Assembly (NCBI GenBank): GCA_963808375.1
Contig: CAWEFS010000008.1
Coordinates: 16,116-80,115 of the forward strand
Source: an uncultured Actinomycetota bacterium
Lineage (GTDB): Bacteria > Actinomycetota > Actinomycetes > Mycobacteriales > Mycobacteriaceae
DNA: 64,000 nucleotides
Direction of reading: 5' to 3'
A program made the position numbers and the translations under genes. The notes under the pieces are model-generated. The model did not search any database. It saw only the letters and a list, made by a program, of their open reading frames with translations, and was not told where the DNA came from. Positions 17,652 to 27,585 of the stretch are shown here, piece by piece (positions within the stretch are counted from its first letter, which is position 1; every line of letters begins with the position of its first letter).

Positions 17652-18767
17652 TTAGTGAATCGCATTGACCGCGGTGAGGAGGCGCTGCTTGAACTTCTCC
17701 GGCAGCGGAATGTCGCCGGCCGCGGAAAGGCCGCGCTCAGCGTCGTTGGCTGCCACCGTCAGAAACGACTTGACACCGGCGGATGTGGCTTGGTCATAGC
17801 CCTTCGAGCACACAATCTCGTAAGTCACCAACACCAACGGATAGACGTCGGATTGCCTGGCGACGTATGTCGACTGCAAATCGAGCACCAGGTCGTTGCC
17901 GGTCCCGGCGATGGCAGCGTCGTCGATCGCCTTGCGGGCGGTGTCGTCGGTGAGCACAACGGGTCCGCGGCCGGAGTCGATCAGTGCATAGGGCAGCCGC
18001 GCCTGGTCCGGGAACCCCTTTTGTACGTAGCCAATGGCGCCGGGTGTGGCACGTACGGCCTGCACGACACCCGCTGACTTCTGGGCACCCTCACCGACGC
18101 CGCCCTGAAATTCGGTGCCAACCCCTTTGGTCCAGCTCTGCGGTGCAGCCGCGGTCAAGTACTGCTGGAAGTTGTCGGTGGTGCCTGACGAGTCTGACCG
18201 GTAAATCGGCGTGATCTCGACGTCGGGCAGGGCCACGCCGCGGTTGAGCGCGGCGACGGCCGAGTCGTTCCACCTCGTTATGGCGCCGCTGAAGATCTTG
18301 GCAACCAGGTCAGCGTTCACGACCAGCGACTTGACACCGCCCAGGTTGTAGGCCAGGGCTATCGGTGCGAAGACCAGAGGCAGGTGCCATGCGGGATTCC
18401 CCTGACAGCGCTTCACTGCCGGGGCGATTTGCGCGGTTGTCAGCGGCGAGTCCGAACCTGCGAAATCAACGTGACCGTCGACGAATTGTTCGCGGCCTGC
18501 GCCTGATCCGGTCGGGTTGTACGACAGCGCCTTGCCCGGACACAACTGGCCCCATTTCTCACTGAACAACGCGATCGCATTCTCCTGCGCGGTGGACCCC
18601 TCCGCGGTCAACGCATTTTTGCCGCCGCAATCCGCGGGCCCGCCCGTCGGTGCGGAGGTGAGCAGCGTACCGCGCATATTGTCGTCGCTACCGCAGCCGG
18701 CCAGCACAAGCACCATGAACGCGGCCGTTGCCGCGACCCGACACCGGGCGACTCCCTGAGCGATCAC
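17652..18767 (-). CDS. pstS: Phosphate-binding lipoprotein PstS
   Basis: ORF 17652..18767 (GTG). Lipobox VLAGC. PstS-family body (GSGAGREQF, YRSDSSGTTDNF). Confidence 0.9.
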   Translation of the reverse strand: MIAQGVARCRVAATAAFMVLVLAGCGSDDNMRGTLLTSAPTGGPADCGGKNALTAEGSTAQENAIALFSEKWGQLCPGKALSYNPTGSGAGREQFVDGHVDFAGSDSPLTTAQIAPAVKRCQGNPAWHLPLVFAPIALAYNLGGVKSLVVNADLVAKIFSGAITRWNDSAVAALNRGVALPDVEITPIYRSDSSGTTDNFQQYLTAAAPQSWTKGVGTEFQGGVGEGAQKSAGVVQAVRATPGAIGYVQKGFPDQARLPYALIDSGRGPVVLTDDTARKAIDDAAIAGTGNDLVLDLQSTYVARQSDVYPLVLVTYEIVCSKGYDQATSAGVKSFLTVAANDAERGLSAAGDIPLPEKFKQRLLTAVNAIH

Positions 18768-18799
18768 CTTTCTCGCTGTTTCAGCATCCGCAGAACTTG

Positions 18800-18812
18800 C
18801 CGAGTCACTCGG
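18800..18812. promoter_or_regulatory. 13-nt palindrome CCGAGTCACTCGG in the mshD-pstS gap
   Basis: Perfect 6-1-6 inverted repeat lying between a CATAAT -10-like hexamer (18815-18820, minus strand) and the pstS start. Confidence 0.25.
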
Positions 18813-18815
18813 AAA

Positions 18816-20596
<1,781 letters not shown>

Positions 20597-20674
20597 CTAA
20601 CTTTAGCGTGCTACCTGCTGTTTAGCCTGGCGACGATGCTGAGGGCGATGCGGGCACAGCCCGTGCCCACGTCG

Positions 20675-20715
20675 ACGTGTCGGGCAAACCGCCCCGGGAT
20701 CTCGGCCCGACACGT
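20675..20715. promoter_or_regulatory. Perfect 11-bp inverted repeat ACGTGTCGGGC-n19-GCCCGACACGT in the glnR/lmeA divergent region
   Basis: Arms at 20675-20685 and 20705-20715, read directly from the sequence. Confidence 0.3.
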
Positions 20716-20731
20716 AGACGTTTGCGGTAAT

Positions 20732-20737
20732 TAATAT
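20732..20737 (+). promoter_or_regulatory. Candidate -10 hexamer TAATAT, 6 nt upstream of lmeA ATG (leaderless signature)
   Basis: TAATAT-gtccga-ATG. No Shine-Dalgarno. Confidence 0.35.
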
Positions 20738-20743
20738 GTCCGA

Positions 20744-21550
20744 ATGCGCAAGGTGCTGCTCGGCGCGGCGGTGACGGCGACAGCCGTGGCGGTCGCCGCC
20801 GTCGCAGCCGTCGGCATCGACTTCGGCACCAGCATCTACGCCGAATATCGCTTCTCGGTCGCGGTGCGACAGGCCGCACAGCTGGGCTCGGACCCGTTCG
20901 TCGCCATCCTCGGCTTCCCGTTCATTCCGCAGGCCATGAACGACCGCTACAACGAACTGGAGATCAAAGCCAATGCCGTCGATCACGCTGAGGTAGGCAA
21001 GGCCACCTTGGAGGCCACCATGCACTCCGTCGATTTGGCCGGGGCGTCCTGGTTGGTCGATTCGCAAGCAAAGTTACCGGTCGGCAAGCTGGAGAGCCGC
21101 ATCATCATCGACTCGGTACACCTGGGCCGCTACCTGGGTATCACCGACCTGATGGTCGAGGCGCCAGCGCGGGAAACCAACGATGCAACCGGCGGCACCA
21201 CCGAGTCGGGAATATCCGACAGCCATGGCCTGGTTTTCACCGGCACGCCCAAGTCGGCGAACTTCGATAAGCGGGTCAGCGTGTCGGTGGATCTGTCGAT
21301 GACCGGCGCGGATCACAGCACGCTGGTGCTCACGCCAACCGGCATCCTGACCGGTCCGGACACCGCAAACCAGCGCGTTCCCGACGACAAGCGGGACGCG
21401 GTACTCGCGGCCTTCCGCCAGCGGGTTCCTGATCAGAGGCTGCCGTTCGGCGCGGCACCGACCAGTCAGGGCGCGCGCGGCTCAGACGTCATCATCGAAG
21501 GCATCACCGTGGGAGTAACCGTCGCACTCGACGAGTTCAGAGGGTCATGA
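20744..21550 (+). CDS. lmeA: LmeA-family (DUF2993) envelope lipid-binding protein
   Basis: ORF 20744..21550. N-terminal signal/anchor MRKVLLGAAVTATAVAVAAVAAV. DUF2993-like body. Located next to glnR, as remembered for Rv0817c/MSMEG_5785. Confidence 0.7.
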   Translation: MRKVLLGAAVTATAVAVAAVAAVGIDFGTSIYAEYRFSVAVRQAAQLGSDPFVAILGFPFIPQAMNDRYNELEIKANAVDHAEVGKATLEATMHSVDLAGASWLVDSQAKLPVGKLESRIIIDSVHLGRYLGITDLMVEAPARETNDATGGTTESGISDSHGLVFTGTPKSANFDKRVSVSVDLSMTGADHSTLVLTPTGILTGPDTANQRVPDDKRDAVLAAFRQRVPDQRLPFGAAPTSQGARGSDVIIEGITVGVTVALDEFRGS

Positions 21551-21584
21551 CCACCTTTCGGCGATGCGAGGAAGGGACACCTGC

Positions 21585-22004
21585 GTGATCACCGCCGTCG
21601 TCGCAATCGTGGCCGCGGTCGGGCTCGCGTTGCTGACCGGCTGGCTGTTGACGCACCGGGCAGGCAGCGTCCGGGAAACGAAACCGGGCACAAGCGCCGA
21701 TCACCAGCACGCCGCGGATCTGGGGCTGTCTCAGACCGGGCCGACCATCGTGCACTTCACTGCAGCCTGGTGCGGGCAATGCACCCAAGTCCGCCGAGTG
21801 GTGCAACAGGTATGCGACGGCCTCGGCGACGTCACACACGTTGAGGTCGATCTCGACGCCGATCCGGATGCGGCGCAGAAGTTTTCGGTGCTCTCACTGC
21901 CCGTCACACTGATCTTCGACGCGGACGGATGCCAGCGCTACCGCGCGGCCGGCGTCCCCAAACCCGCTGACCTGCGCTCTGCGCTCGAACCGCTGTTGGC
22001 TTGA
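21585..22004 (+). CDS. thiX: Membrane-anchored thioredoxin-like protein (ThiX-like)
   Basis: ORF 21564..22004. GTG 21585 is preferred because AGGAAGG lies 9 nt upstream. TM anchor present. Active site is WCGQC. Confidence 0.75.
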   Translation: MITAVVAIVAAVGLALLTGWLLTHRAGSVRETKPGTSADHQHAADLGLSQTGPTIVHFTAAWCGQCTQVRRVVQQVCDGLGDVTHVEVDLDADPDAAQKFSVLSLPVTLIFDADGCQRYRAAGVPKPADLRSALEPLLA

Positions 22005-22208
22005 CCGCCCTGCGATTGGGTAAGCTGGTCGACGTGTTGGCCCGCCTTGAGCTCCTGCTCACCAACTGTCGCGCAGTCGAACTGTGCTACACCGCGGGCT
22101 GTCGCTGTTGTTGTAGCTGCTGAGTCGCCGCACGTTCGTGTGTCGCGCTCGGAGCAGCCAGACCGGCGTGCCTCCACCATTCCCGTGCATCAAGAGCAGG
22201 AGCAGTTT

Positions 22209-22676
22209 ATGTCGACCACCATTCCGGTACAGGTCGATGTTCGCGGTCCCCGGTTCGTCGCCTGGGTGACCACCGCTGTCCTGGTCGTCACGCTGATCAC
22301 GTCGGCCGTCAGCCTCCCGGCGGCCGCCGTCATCCTGGCGGTTCAGGCCGTGATTTTCGGGATCGGCGCGCTCGCCGGGCCCAAGCGGCACCCCTACGGC
22401 GTGGTGTTCGCCAGGCTGATAGCACCCCGGCTGGGGCCGGTCCGGGATCGGGAACCGGTACCCCCGCTGAAGTTCGCCCAACTCGTCGGTCTGATCTTCG
22501 CCGTCGCCGGCGTCGCCGGGTTCGCGACCGGCGCGCGCTACGTGGGCGTCGTCGCAACCGGAGCCGCCCTGGTCGCCGCCTTGCTCAACGCCGCCTTCGG
22601 CATCTGTCTGGGCTGCCGGCTCTACCCGCTGGTAATCCGGCTCCGAACGGCTCCAATAGCCACCGAAAGTGTCTGA
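22209..22676 (+). CDS. DUF4395 family membrane protein
   Basis: ORF 22047..22676 trimmed to ATG 22209 (MSTTIPVQVDVRGPRFVAW...). Ends with LNAAFGICLGCRLY, typical of DUF4395. This family commonly neighbours rhodaneses. Confidence 0.7.
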   Translation: MSTTIPVQVDVRGPRFVAWVTTAVLVVTLITSAVSLPAAAVILAVQAVIFGIGALAGPKRHPYGVVFARLIAPRLGPVRDREPVPPLKFAQLVGLIFAVAGVAGFATGARYVGVVATGAALVAALLNAAFGICLGCRLYPLVIRLRTAPIATESV

Positions 22677-22723
22677 ACCCACATAAGCCACATCGCACAC
22701 AACGAAGCTGAAAGGACTCCGCT

Positions 22724-23557
22724 ATGACACGCTCCGACGTCCTCGTCTCCGCTGACTGGGCCGAGCGCAATCTCGACGCGGACCACGTCGTTTTCGTCGA
22801 AGTCGACGAGGACACCAGCGCCTACGACGGCGGTCACATCCCCGGCGCCGTCAAGCTGGACTGGCGTACCGATCTTCAGGACCCGGTCCGACGCGACTTC
22901 GTCGACGCCCAGCAGTTCTCCAAGCTGCTCAGTGACCGCGGCATCGCCAACGACGACACCGTCATCCTCTACGGCGGCAACAACAATTGGTTCGCCGCCT
23001 ACGCCTACTGGTATTTCAAGCTCTACGGCCATTCCCAAGTCAAGCTGCTCGACGGCGGCCGCAAGAAGTGGGAGCTGGACGGTCGCGCGCTGTCCTCGGA
23101 CACGGTGAGCCGCCCGGCCACCTCCTACTCGGCTGCCACGCCGGACACCTCCATCAGGGCTTTCCGTGACGAGGTCATCCAAGCCATCAACGTCAAGAAC
23201 CTGGTCGACGTGCGCTCCCCGGATGAGTTCTCCGGAAAGATCCTGGCGCCGGCGCATCTGCCACAGGAGCAAAGCCAGCGGCCCGGCCACATCCCGAGTG
23301 CGATCAACGTGCCCTGGAGCAAAGCCGCCAACGAGGACGGCACTTTCAAATCCGACGAGGAACTGAGCAAGCTGTACGCCGACGCCGGTTTGGACGGGTC
23401 CAAGGAAACGATTGCCTACTGCCGTATCGGGGAACGGTCCTCGCACACCTGGTTCGTGCTACGCGAACTGCTCGGCCATCAAAACGTCAAGAACTACGAC
23501 GGCAGTTGGACGGAATACGGCTCCCTGGTGGGCGCCCCGATCGAGTTGGGAAGCTGA
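22724..23557 (+). CDS. cysA: Thiosulfate sulfurtransferase (tandem rhodanese), CysA2/SseA-like
   Basis: ORF 22724..23557. Two rhodanese domains. Active-site loop is CRIGERSSH. AAAGGA Shine-Dalgarno. Confidence 0.9.
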   Translation: MTRSDVLVSADWAERNLDADHVVFVEVDEDTSAYDGGHIPGAVKLDWRTDLQDPVRRDFVDAQQFSKLLSDRGIANDDTVILYGGNNNWFAAYAYWYFKLYGHSQVKLLDGGRKKWELDGRALSSDTVSRPATSYSAATPDTSIRAFRDEVIQAINVKNLVDVRSPDEFSGKILAPAHLPQEQSQRPGHIPSAINVPWSKAANEDGTFKSDEELSKLYADAGLDGSKETIAYCRIGERSSHTWFVLRELLGHQNVKNYDGSWTEYGSLVGAPIELGS

Positions 23558-23561
23558 ATAT

Positions 23562-23864
23562 ATGTGCTCTGCACCGAAGCAAGGACAAACGTTGTCGGCC
23601 AGCGTCGACTTGGAGAAGGAGACGGTCATCACCGGCCGCGTGGTGGACAGCTCCGGCCAGGCCGTGGGCGGCGCGTTCGTGCGGCTGCTCGACTCCTCAG
23701 GCGAGTTCACCGCTGAGGTGGTCGCGTCGGCCACCGGCGACTTCCGGTTCTTCGCCGCACCCGGTTCGTGGACGGTGCGCGCGCTGTCGGCATCCGGCAA
23801 CGGTGACGCCGTGGTGTCGCCGTCCGGCCCCGGCGTCCACGAGGTCGACATCAAGATCGCCTGA
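23562..23864 (+). CDS. sseC: DUF1416 protein (SseC-like)
   Basis: Frame of ORF 23412..23864 trimmed to ATG 23562 (MCSAPKQGQTL...VITGRVVDSSGQAVGGAFVRLLDSSGEF). It starts 4 nt after the rhodanese stop. Confidence 0.8.
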   Translation: MCSAPKQGQTLSASVDLEKETVITGRVVDSSGQAVGGAFVRLLDSSGEFTAEVVASATGDFRFFAAPGSWTVRALSASGNGDAVVSPSGPGVHEVDIKIA

Positions 23865-23899
23865 GTTGCCGGCTGGGCCAATCGGTCCGGCTCGCCCCC

Positions 23900-24076
23900 T
23901 TGCCGCTGCGCGGCTGGGAGGTACCCCCGCCCATCGCGCTCCGCGCTCTGCATCGTCGCCGGACTAAACTCTTCGGCGTGGTGTTGTTTTTCGAGATCAT
24001 GCTGGTGGTGGCCGTTCTGATTATCGCGTGGTTCGCGCTGTACGCCTTGTACCGGCTGGTGACCGACGAATCGTGA
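23900..24076 (+). CDS. Small single-TM membrane protein candidate (start uncertain: TTG 23900, GTG 23978 or ATG 23999)
   Basis: Below the ORF-track size cutoff. Hand translation gives ...[41 protein letters not shown]. About 83% G/C at third codon positions. Its stop overlaps the next gene's GTG (GTGA). Confidence 0.4.
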   Translation: MPLRGWEVPPPIALRALHRRRTKLFGVVLFFEIMLVVAVLIIAWFALYALYRLVTDES

Positions 24077-24741
24077 CGTCCAGGGACAAATCCGTCGGGC
24101 CGGTTCGTACCACGGGTTCGGCTGACCGCGCCGTTGCCGCCGCCGCCGAACGGGCGAAGGCGACCGCCAGCCGAAACATTCCAGTCTTCGACGACCTGCC
24201 GATCCCAGCCGATACCGCCAACCTGCGCGAAGGCGCAAACCTCGACGACACCCTGCTGGCGCTGTTGCCGCTGGTCGGCGTGTGGCGGGGCGAAGGTGAG
24301 GGTCGCGGAACGCACGGCGACTACCGGTTCGGCCAGCAGATCGTCGTCTCCCATGACGGCGAGCACTACCTGAACTGGGAGGCCCGCTCCTGGCGGCTGA
24401 CCGAGACCGGCGAGTACGACGGGCACGATCTGCGCGAGACGGGCTTTTGGCGATTCGTCACCGATCCCCTCGATCCGGCCGAGTCGCAGGCCATTGAGCT
24501 GCTGCTGGCGCATTCGGCCGGTTACGTCGAGTTGTTCTACGGCCGGCCGCGAAATCAGTCATCGTGGGAGCTGGTGACCGACGCGCTGGCGTGCAGCAAG
24601 ACCGGCGTGCTGGTGGGCGGCGCCAAACGGCTGTACGGCATCGTCGAGGGCGGCGACTTGGCTTACGTCGAGGAACGGGTGGACGCCGACGGCGGCTTGG
24701 TGCCGCATCTGTCGGCGCGGTTGTCACGCTTCGTCGGCTGA
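24073..24741 (+). CDS. Nitrobindin / fatty-acid-binding-protein-like (UPF0678) beta-barrel protein
   Basis: ORF 24028..24741 trimmed to GTG 24073. Contains the signature [14 protein letters not shown]... and matches remembered Rv0813c in length and position. Confidence 0.8.
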   Translation: MTSRDKSVGPVRTTGSADRAVAAAAERAKATASRNIPVFDDLPIPADTANLREGANLDDTLLALLPLVGVWRGEGEGRGTHGDYRFGQQIVVSHDGEHYLNWEARSWRLTETGEYDGHDLRETGFWRFVTDPLDPAESQAIELLLAHSAGYVELFYGRPRNQSSWELVTDALACSKTGVLVGGAKRLYGIVEGGDLAYVEERVDADGGLVPHLSARLSRFVG

Positions 24742-24870
24742 CTGCGCCGGCGACGATGCAGAGCGAAGCGATGCGGAGGAGCGGCGCCACTGACTGCGCC
24801 GGCGACGATGCAGAGCGAAGCGATGAGGTGGGGGCACCTCCCGCTTGCGAGGGCGAGCGGCGCCATCGAC
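24738..24870. repeat. MIRU-type tandem repeat (about 2 units of 52 bp plus a degenerate third)
   Basis: CTGACTGCGCCGGCGACGATGCAGAGCGAAGCGATG(C/A)GG... occurs at 24738 and again at 24790. The first unit includes the TGA stop of the upstream gene. The core is shared with the repeat at 52995. Confidence 0.75.
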
Positions 24871-24897
24871 CGCGCCCGCGGGGTCCAGACATGGAAC

Positions 24898-24946
24898 GGC
24901 CCCCGAGCCGATGTTCCTGGTTGGACGGACCGGAGGCTCGGGGGCC
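24898..24946. terminator. GC-rich hairpin (12-bp perfect stem GGCCCCCGAGCC / GGCTCGGGGGCC, 25-nt loop) between convergent genes
   Basis: Arms at 24898-24909 and 24935-24946. No U-tract, so at best a factor-dependent or bidirectional terminator. Confidence 0.25.
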
Positions 24947-25112
24947 GGGTGACTGCGGGGAATTCGCCAGCGCGGTAATGCTGGTGTTTTCCAGCCAGGC
25001 GCTATGAGCGCGCAGCCACCTCACATGTCCATGAAGCTAACAATTTCTTGGACCACCTCCTTCCTTGTGTACAGCCGAAGGTACCGGTCCACCGGCACGG
25101 CGACAACCGATT

Positions 25113-26000
25113 TCACCGATCGCTGACAATGGCGGCGTCGACCAGTTCGGCGAATTCGGCGGCGATCGCCGGAGGCGGCAGCCGACGCCCGTCCAGGGTG
25201 TGCACGCGGGCGGCCAGCGTCATACTCGACACCAGCCATATCCCGTCGGCTGCGGCCAGGTCAGCCGGCCGCAGGGCACGGTAGTCGCAGTCGTACCCTT
25301 TGGCGCGGGCGACTTGGAACAACGCCTGCTGAGTGGTGCCGCGCAGGATCGGATACCACGGCGGCGGAGTCAGCAGCTCGACATTGCCGGCGGCTCCTTC
25401 CCCGGGGGCCGCGATGACCACCGTGGAACGCGGACCTTCGAGGATGTAGCCGTCGGAGCTGACGAAGATGACGTCGTTGGCGCCTCGACGGCCCGCATGC
25501 CGCAGCGCGGCCATGTTGACCGCATAGGACAGCGTCTTCGCGCCGGCCAGCAGCCACGGCATGGCATCGACGCCGGTGGCGGGCAGCCCGTACGGCAGTG
25601 TGATCGCCGCGATCCCGTCACGGCGGGCACCGGCCACCCGCTCGGCCACCGGGTTGACCGCAACGTATGTGGTTGGCGCCGAGCCATTTTCCCGCCCACG
25701 ACTGTAAACCAGTCGCATTGCGCCTTCATCGCTGGTGTTGGCCGCCCAACTTTGCGCCGCCACGTCGATCGCGCGTCGCCAGCTGTCGAGCTCCGGCGGG
25801 GCCAAATCGGTCAGCTTCGCCGAATGGGTCAGCCGGTCCAGATGCGCCTCGATCAAACATGCTCGGCCGTCGCGTACCAGCAATGTCTCGAAGACCCCGT
25901 CGCCTCGTACCGCAGCGAGGTCATCGGCACACAGCAGCGGCGTGTCGGGCGTGAGTATCTGGCCGTCGAGTGTGACGACCACACCCTTCTGGCTGGCCAT
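25113..26000 (-). CDS. pabC: Aminodeoxychorismate lyase / class IV aminotransferase (PabC-like)
   Basis: ORF 25113..26045 trimmed to ATG 26000 (MASQKGVVVTLDG...). Fold-type IV PLP motifs (RGDGVFETL, KTLSYAVNMAA, EGPRSTV). Confidence 0.8.
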   Translation of the reverse strand: MASQKGVVVTLDGQILTPDTPLLCADDLAAVRGDGVFETLLVRDGRACLIEAHLDRLTHSAKLTDLAPPELDSWRRAIDVAAQSWAANTSDEGAMRLVYSRGRENGSAPTTYVAVNPVAERVAGARRDGIAAITLPYGLPATGVDAMPWLLAGAKTLSYAVNMAALRHAGRRGANDVIFVSSDGYILEGPRSTVVIAAPGEGAAGNVELLTPPPWYPILRGTTQQALFQVARAKGYDCDYRALRPADLAAADGIWLVSSMTLAARVHTLDGRRLPPPAIAAEFAELVDAAIVSDR

Positions 26001-26120
26001 GGACGAGAAGCCTAGCCTGCTGACCGGATCTGTAGCCCGCCGCACACTTTGGGCTCGACTGTGCGGGTCACCGCACAGTCGAGCTGCGGGGAGGCCGCTC
26101 GCGGTCCGTAGAGTTGATAC

Positions 26121-27215
26121 GTGTCAGCAGTTCCCGCACCCGATCCCGGACCGGACGCCGGCGCGCCATGGCACTACGGCGACCCGCTCGGCGAACAGCG
26201 GGCCGCTCAGATCGGAGCGGTCCTGGTCGACCGTTCCCACCGGGCGGTCCTGACCTTGACCGGCGCCGACCGGCAGACGTGGCTGCACAGCATTTCGGCC
26301 CAACACGTCAGTGCCCTGCCCGACGGTGCGAGCACGCAGAACCTCAGTCTGGACGGGCAGGGCCGCGTCGAAGACCACTGGCTTCAGACCGAACTGGGTG
26401 GCGTCACCTATCTGGACACCGAACCGTGGCGAGGTGAGCCGTTGCTGGCGTACCTGCGCAAGATGGTGTTCTGGTCCGACGTGCGGCCCGAAACCGCTGA
26501 CGTGGCGGTGCTCTCGTTGATGGGTCCCGCCCTGGCTGACCAAGCCGTCCTGGGCGTGTTCGGCCTCGAGGCGTTACCGGATGAGATGACGGCTGCGCCG
26601 CTGGCCGGCGGGGGCCTGCTGCGGCGGATGCCGGCGGTGGCACCGGCGCAGATCGAATTGGATCTGTTGGTGCCGCGGCGGACCTCGGCCGACTGGCGGC
26701 AGCGTCTGACGCAGGCCGAAGTCCGTCCTGCCGGGGTGTGGGCCTACGAGGCGCACCGGGTGGCGGCTCGGCGGCCCCGGCTCGGGGTCGACACCGACGA
26801 GCGCACCATCCCGCACGAAGTCGGCTGGATCGGCGGACCCGGGGTGGGCGCCGTCCATCTCGACAAAGGTTGTTATCGCGGCCAGGAGACGGTCGCGAGG
26901 GTGCACAACCTGGGCAAACCGCCGCGCATGCTGGTGTTGCTGCACCTCGACGGCTCGGCCGAACGGCCAGCCACCGGTGATCCGGTGCTGGCCGGGGTCA
27001 GGGCGGTGGGCCGCCTCGGGACTGTCGTCGACCACGTCGATCTGGGCCCGGTCGCGCTGGCCCTGGTGAAGCGCGGACTGCCCGCAGACACGGCTCTGCT
27101 GACCGGCGGCGACGCCGCGGTGGCAGCGGTCATCGACCCTGATTCGCTGCCGCCCGCCGACGTGGTCGGCGCCGGTCGGCAAGCCGTCGAGCGGCTGCGT
27201 GGCTCGAGCCGGTGA
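26121..27215 (+). CDS. ygfZ: Folate-binding protein YgfZ (GcvT-like)
   Basis: ORF 26121..27215 (GTG). GcvT-fold, with KGCYRGQETVARV motif. TAGAGT sits 6 nt upstream of the GTG. Confidence 0.8.
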   Translation: MSAVPAPDPGPDAGAPWHYGDPLGEQRAAQIGAVLVDRSHRAVLTLTGADRQTWLHSISAQHVSALPDGASTQNLSLDGQGRVEDHWLQTELGGVTYLDTEPWRGEPLLAYLRKMVFWSDVRPETADVAVLSLMGPALADQAVLGVFGLEALPDEMTAAPLAGGGLLRRMPAVAPAQIELDLLVPRRTSADWRQRLTQAEVRPAGVWAYEAHRVAARRPRLGVDTDERTIPHEVGWIGGPGVGAVHLDKGCYRGQETVARVHNLGKPPRMLVLLHLDGSAERPATGDPVLAGVRAVGRLGTVVDHVDLGPVALALVKRGLPADTALLTGGDAAVAAVIDPDSLPPADVVGAGRQAVERLRGSSR

Positions 27216-27373
27216 CCTTGAACGCAGTGGGGCCGCAGTGGAGCGGCAGTAGGCAGGGCGTCCCAGCGCAGGGCCACCGGGCACGGTAAGCTACACGGCA
27301 GGACAAAACACACACCTAGATCGGAGCCGCCTACTTGTTGGGCCGCTCCGTTATTGCGCGAGGGGGTCCCCCC

Positions 27374-27562
27374 ATGGGCCGCGGCCGGGCGAAGGCGAAG
27401 CAGACCAAGGTTGCTCGAGAACTCAAATACAGCTCACCGCAAACTGATTTCGAGCGGCTTCAGCGCGAGCTCTCAGGGTCGGAGGCTGACGACGCTAGTT
27501 CACTAGACGGCGACGGCGGGCTTCCTGACGACCCGTGGGATAGCGACGGGTGGCGGCGCTGA
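27374..27562 (+). CDS. DUF3073 family small protein
   Basis: ORF 27335..27562 trimmed to ATG 27374 (MGRGRAKAKQTKVARELKYSSPQTDFERLQREL), followed by an acidic tail. GAGGGGG Shine-Dalgarno. Confidence 0.8.
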   Translation: MGRGRAKAKQTKVARELKYSSPQTDFERLQRELSGSEADDASSLDGDGGLPDDPWDSDGWRR

Positions 27563-27585
27563 AGCCGTCCTGACCAGAGCGCCGG

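Noticed and set aside
22005-22208. Riboswitch (e.g. SAM-type) in the long leader upstream of the DUF4395/rhodanese genes
   Set aside because: No recognisable conserved riboswitch core by eye. Left as an untested possibility under the sulfur-cluster finding.
25025-25126. 33-codon plus-strand ORF (MSMKLTISWTTSFLVYSRRYRSTGTATTDFTDR*) and minus-strand ORF 25021..25239
   Set aside because: Both overlap the pabC 3' end, have no Shine-Dalgarno or family resemblance, and have atypical composition. Probably chance ORFs in a lower-GC spacer.
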